From contig JBEKDL010000006.1 of NCBI GenBank assembly GCA_050014355.1, positions 1,543 to 65,542 of the forward strand: 64,000 nt of DNA. The letters run 5' to 3'. The translations under genes were made by a program, and so were the position numbers. Numbering within the stretch: the first letter of the stretch is position 1; every line of letters begins with the position of its first letter. This document shows, piece by piece, positions 62,561 to 64,000 of the stretch. The notes beneath the pieces are model-generated. The model was given only the letters and a program-made list of their open reading frames with translations. It was not told where the DNA came from and searched no databases. The stretch is from Dehalococcoidales bacterium. GTDB lineage: Bacteria > Chloroflexota > Dehalococcoidia > Dehalococcoidales > RBG-16-60-22.

Positions 62561-63844
62561 ATGAAAAATACTTATTCACCCGTTGAACAGCTGAACGCAA
62601 AAGGTCGGGTGGCCAAGGCGGCCTCCCGCAAGCTCGCTTACCTCTCCACCGATATAAAAAATAAAGCGCTCCTCAACATCGCCGCCGACCTAATCAAAAA
62701 GAATAACGAAATACTGGCAGCCAATCGCATTGACTACAAAACGGGCGAGGCCTCGGGCATGAGCGCCGCGTTGCTCGACCGCCTCATGCTCGATGAAAAT
62801 CGCCTGGAAGGCATCGCCGCGGACACCCGCGCCGTCGCCGCGCTGCCCGACCCCGTTGGCGAGGTGTTCGATATGCGCACCATGCCCAACGGCCTGCAAA
62901 TCGGGAAAAAGCGCGTGCCCATCGGCGTCATCGGAGCTATTTACGAAAGCCGTCCCAACGTCACTGTTGACATCGCCGCCCTCTGCTTGAAGTCCGGCAA
63001 CGCTGTCATCCTGCGCGGCGGCAAAGAGACGATTAACTCCAACACCGCCATCGTTAAAGTGATTCAATCTGCCTGCGAACGCGCCGGACTGCCCGAAGGC
63101 TGCATCCAGTTTATCGACAACACTGACCGCGCCCTTGTCGACCACATGCTTAAAATGAATCACGTCATCGATTTGATTATTCCGCGGGGCGGCGCCGGGC
63201 TTATTAAATCCGTATCTGAAAACGCCACTATGCCCGTAGTCACCGGCGGCATCGGCGTGTGCCATACCTACGTGGATAAAAGCGCCGCTGTCCAAATGGC
63301 CGTTGATATCGTCTATAACGCCAAAGTGCAGCGCCCCACGGTCTGTAACGCGCTGGATATGGTACTGGTGCATAAAGACATTGCCGCTGACTATCTGCCC
63401 GCCATGGCCGCCGCGCTGAATAAAGCGAAGGTGGAGCTCCACTGCGACAAAAAAGCTCTGGCCATACTTAAAGCGGATAAATCCTTAAAACTGGTTCCCG
63501 CTATTGCGGACGACTGGGGCAAAGAGTTCCTGGCGCTCATCGCGGCGATTAAAGTGGTGGACTCTCTGGAAGAAGCCCTGGCGCACATTGAAAAATACGG
63601 CTCGGGGCACTCCGAGGCTATCGTCACCGAAGATTACCAGAGCGCCATGCGCTTTATCAACGAGGTGGATGCTGCCTGTGTCTATGTCAACGCCAGCACG
63701 CGCTTTACGGATGGGGGGCAGTTCGGGCTGGGGGCGGAGGTGGGGATAAGCACGCAGAAAATGCACGCCCGCGGCCCTATGGGCTTAAAAGAGCTGACGA
63801 CTTACAAGTGGATTATCTTCGGGACGGGACAGGTCAGGCCGTAG
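62561..63844 (+). CDS. proA: glutamate-5-semialdehyde dehydrogenase
   Basis: 427 aa. IYESRPNVTVD, LRGGKE, CNALDMVLVH. Confidence 0.95.
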   Translation: MKNTYSPVEQLNAKGRVAKAASRKLAYLSTDIKNKALLNIAADLIKKNNEILAANRIDYKTGEASGMSAALLDRLMLDENRLEGIAADTRAVAALPDPVGEVFDMRTMPNGLQIGKKRVPIGVIGAIYESRPNVTVDIAALCLKSGNAVILRGGKETINSNTAIVKVIQSACERAGLPEGCIQFIDNTDRALVDHMLKMNHVIDLIIPRGGAGLIKSVSENATMPVVTGGIGVCHTYVDKSAAVQMAVDIVYNAKVQRPTVCNALDMVLVHKDIAADYLPAMAAALNKAKVELHCDKKALAILKADKSLKLVPAIADDWGKEFLALIAAIKVVDSLEEALAHIEKYGSGHSEAIVTEDYQSAMRFINEVDAACVYVNASTRFTDGGQFGLGAEVGISTQKMHARGPMGLKELTTYKWIIFGTGQVRP

Positions 63845-64000
63845 CTACAAATCTCATAATGAAACTTAATAGTTGTTTATGGATGAACAAGAGTTTAATA
63901 AATATATGAATAACGCCATGATTTTTCAGGGGAAAATGAATTTAATGGCTAATTCAATTGATTTATTGCTAGGATTTATTTTAGAAAATATAAAGCTTAA

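Noticed and set aside
63879-64000. AT-rich open frame (MDEQEFNKYMNNAMIFQGK...) running off the right end after proA.
   Set aside because: Only 40 codons are visible, with no RBS and no motif. It may be the start of another foreign gene, but it cannot be supported from this fragment.
1-64000. CRISPR arrays, rRNA genes, intact tRNAs, reverse transcriptase/retron or IS elements with terminal inverted repeats.
   Set aside because: I scanned for regularly spaced repeats, conserved rRNA/tRNA cloverleaf pieces and transposase/RT motifs. Only the partial tRNA-type fragments and recombinase remnants listed above were found.

Overview
Bacterial chromosomal window, mid-GC with clearly AT-richer patches. 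I found no rRNA, no intact tRNA and no CRISPR array. The taxon cannot be determined from the sequence alone. Roughly the left 38.6 kb is accessory DNA. The right 25 kb is core/housekeeping with small insertions.

Left part:
(1) A nuclease-rich three-gene cassette (259-3814).
(2) An ~8.7-kb strictly co-directional element (about 4753-13450), framed by a 12-bp direct repeat and a decayed recombinase-like ORF. It encodes a coiled-coil NAP-like protein, a C2H2-finger MoxR/CobS-like AAA+ ATPase, a CobT-like acidic-linker VWA protein with an HExxH motif, Ku, an ATP-dependent DNA ligase and a second AAA+ ATPase.
(3) An iteron-like repeat field plus an orphan RHH gene.
(4) The most striking locus: a 14-kb five-gene minus-strand operon (14437-28446). 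It encodes an excisionase-type HTH, an SNF2 helicase with a C-terminal DUF3883 nuclease-like domain, a DUF1156 DNA methyltransferase, a Swt1-type HEPN + DUF499 P-loop ATPase, and a 1390-aa sacsin/NO VEIN-like GHKL ATPase. This is an RM-like defence candidate that, to my knowledge, is only computationally predicted; here it carries an extra giant GHKL component.
(5) Three direct copies of a 50-nt segment that maps exactly onto tRNA positions 27-76 (anticodon loop UUCGUAA, T arm, acceptor 3' strand, U73, CCA). They mark tandem island junctions. One island is a 7.8-kb glycan-modification island (GT2, CDP-hexose genes, methyltransferase, small EamA flippase-like protein, GT39/ArnT-like protein). 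The other is a 1.9-kb islet with a secreted three-repeat Ig-like protein.

Right part: MFS transporters, a CoA-ester cluster (crotonases, SDR, VOC, CaiB-type CoA-transferase, PadR), a solitary sbcD, a CPBP protease, a HAD hydrolase, glyQS, an FmdB zinc ribbon, membrane proteins and lipoproteins, hicBA plus an AT-rich unknown ORF, and mfd. The proB-proA operon is split by a 2.2-kb insertion carrying a beta-class DNA methyltransferase fused to an Mrr-like nuclease domain.

Other oddities: a frameshifted crotonase, a small membrane ORF split at a T9 tract, a HAD gene whose catalytic motif I lies upstream of any canonical start codon, and two copies of a hairpin-rich 5'-leader element with covarying stems.
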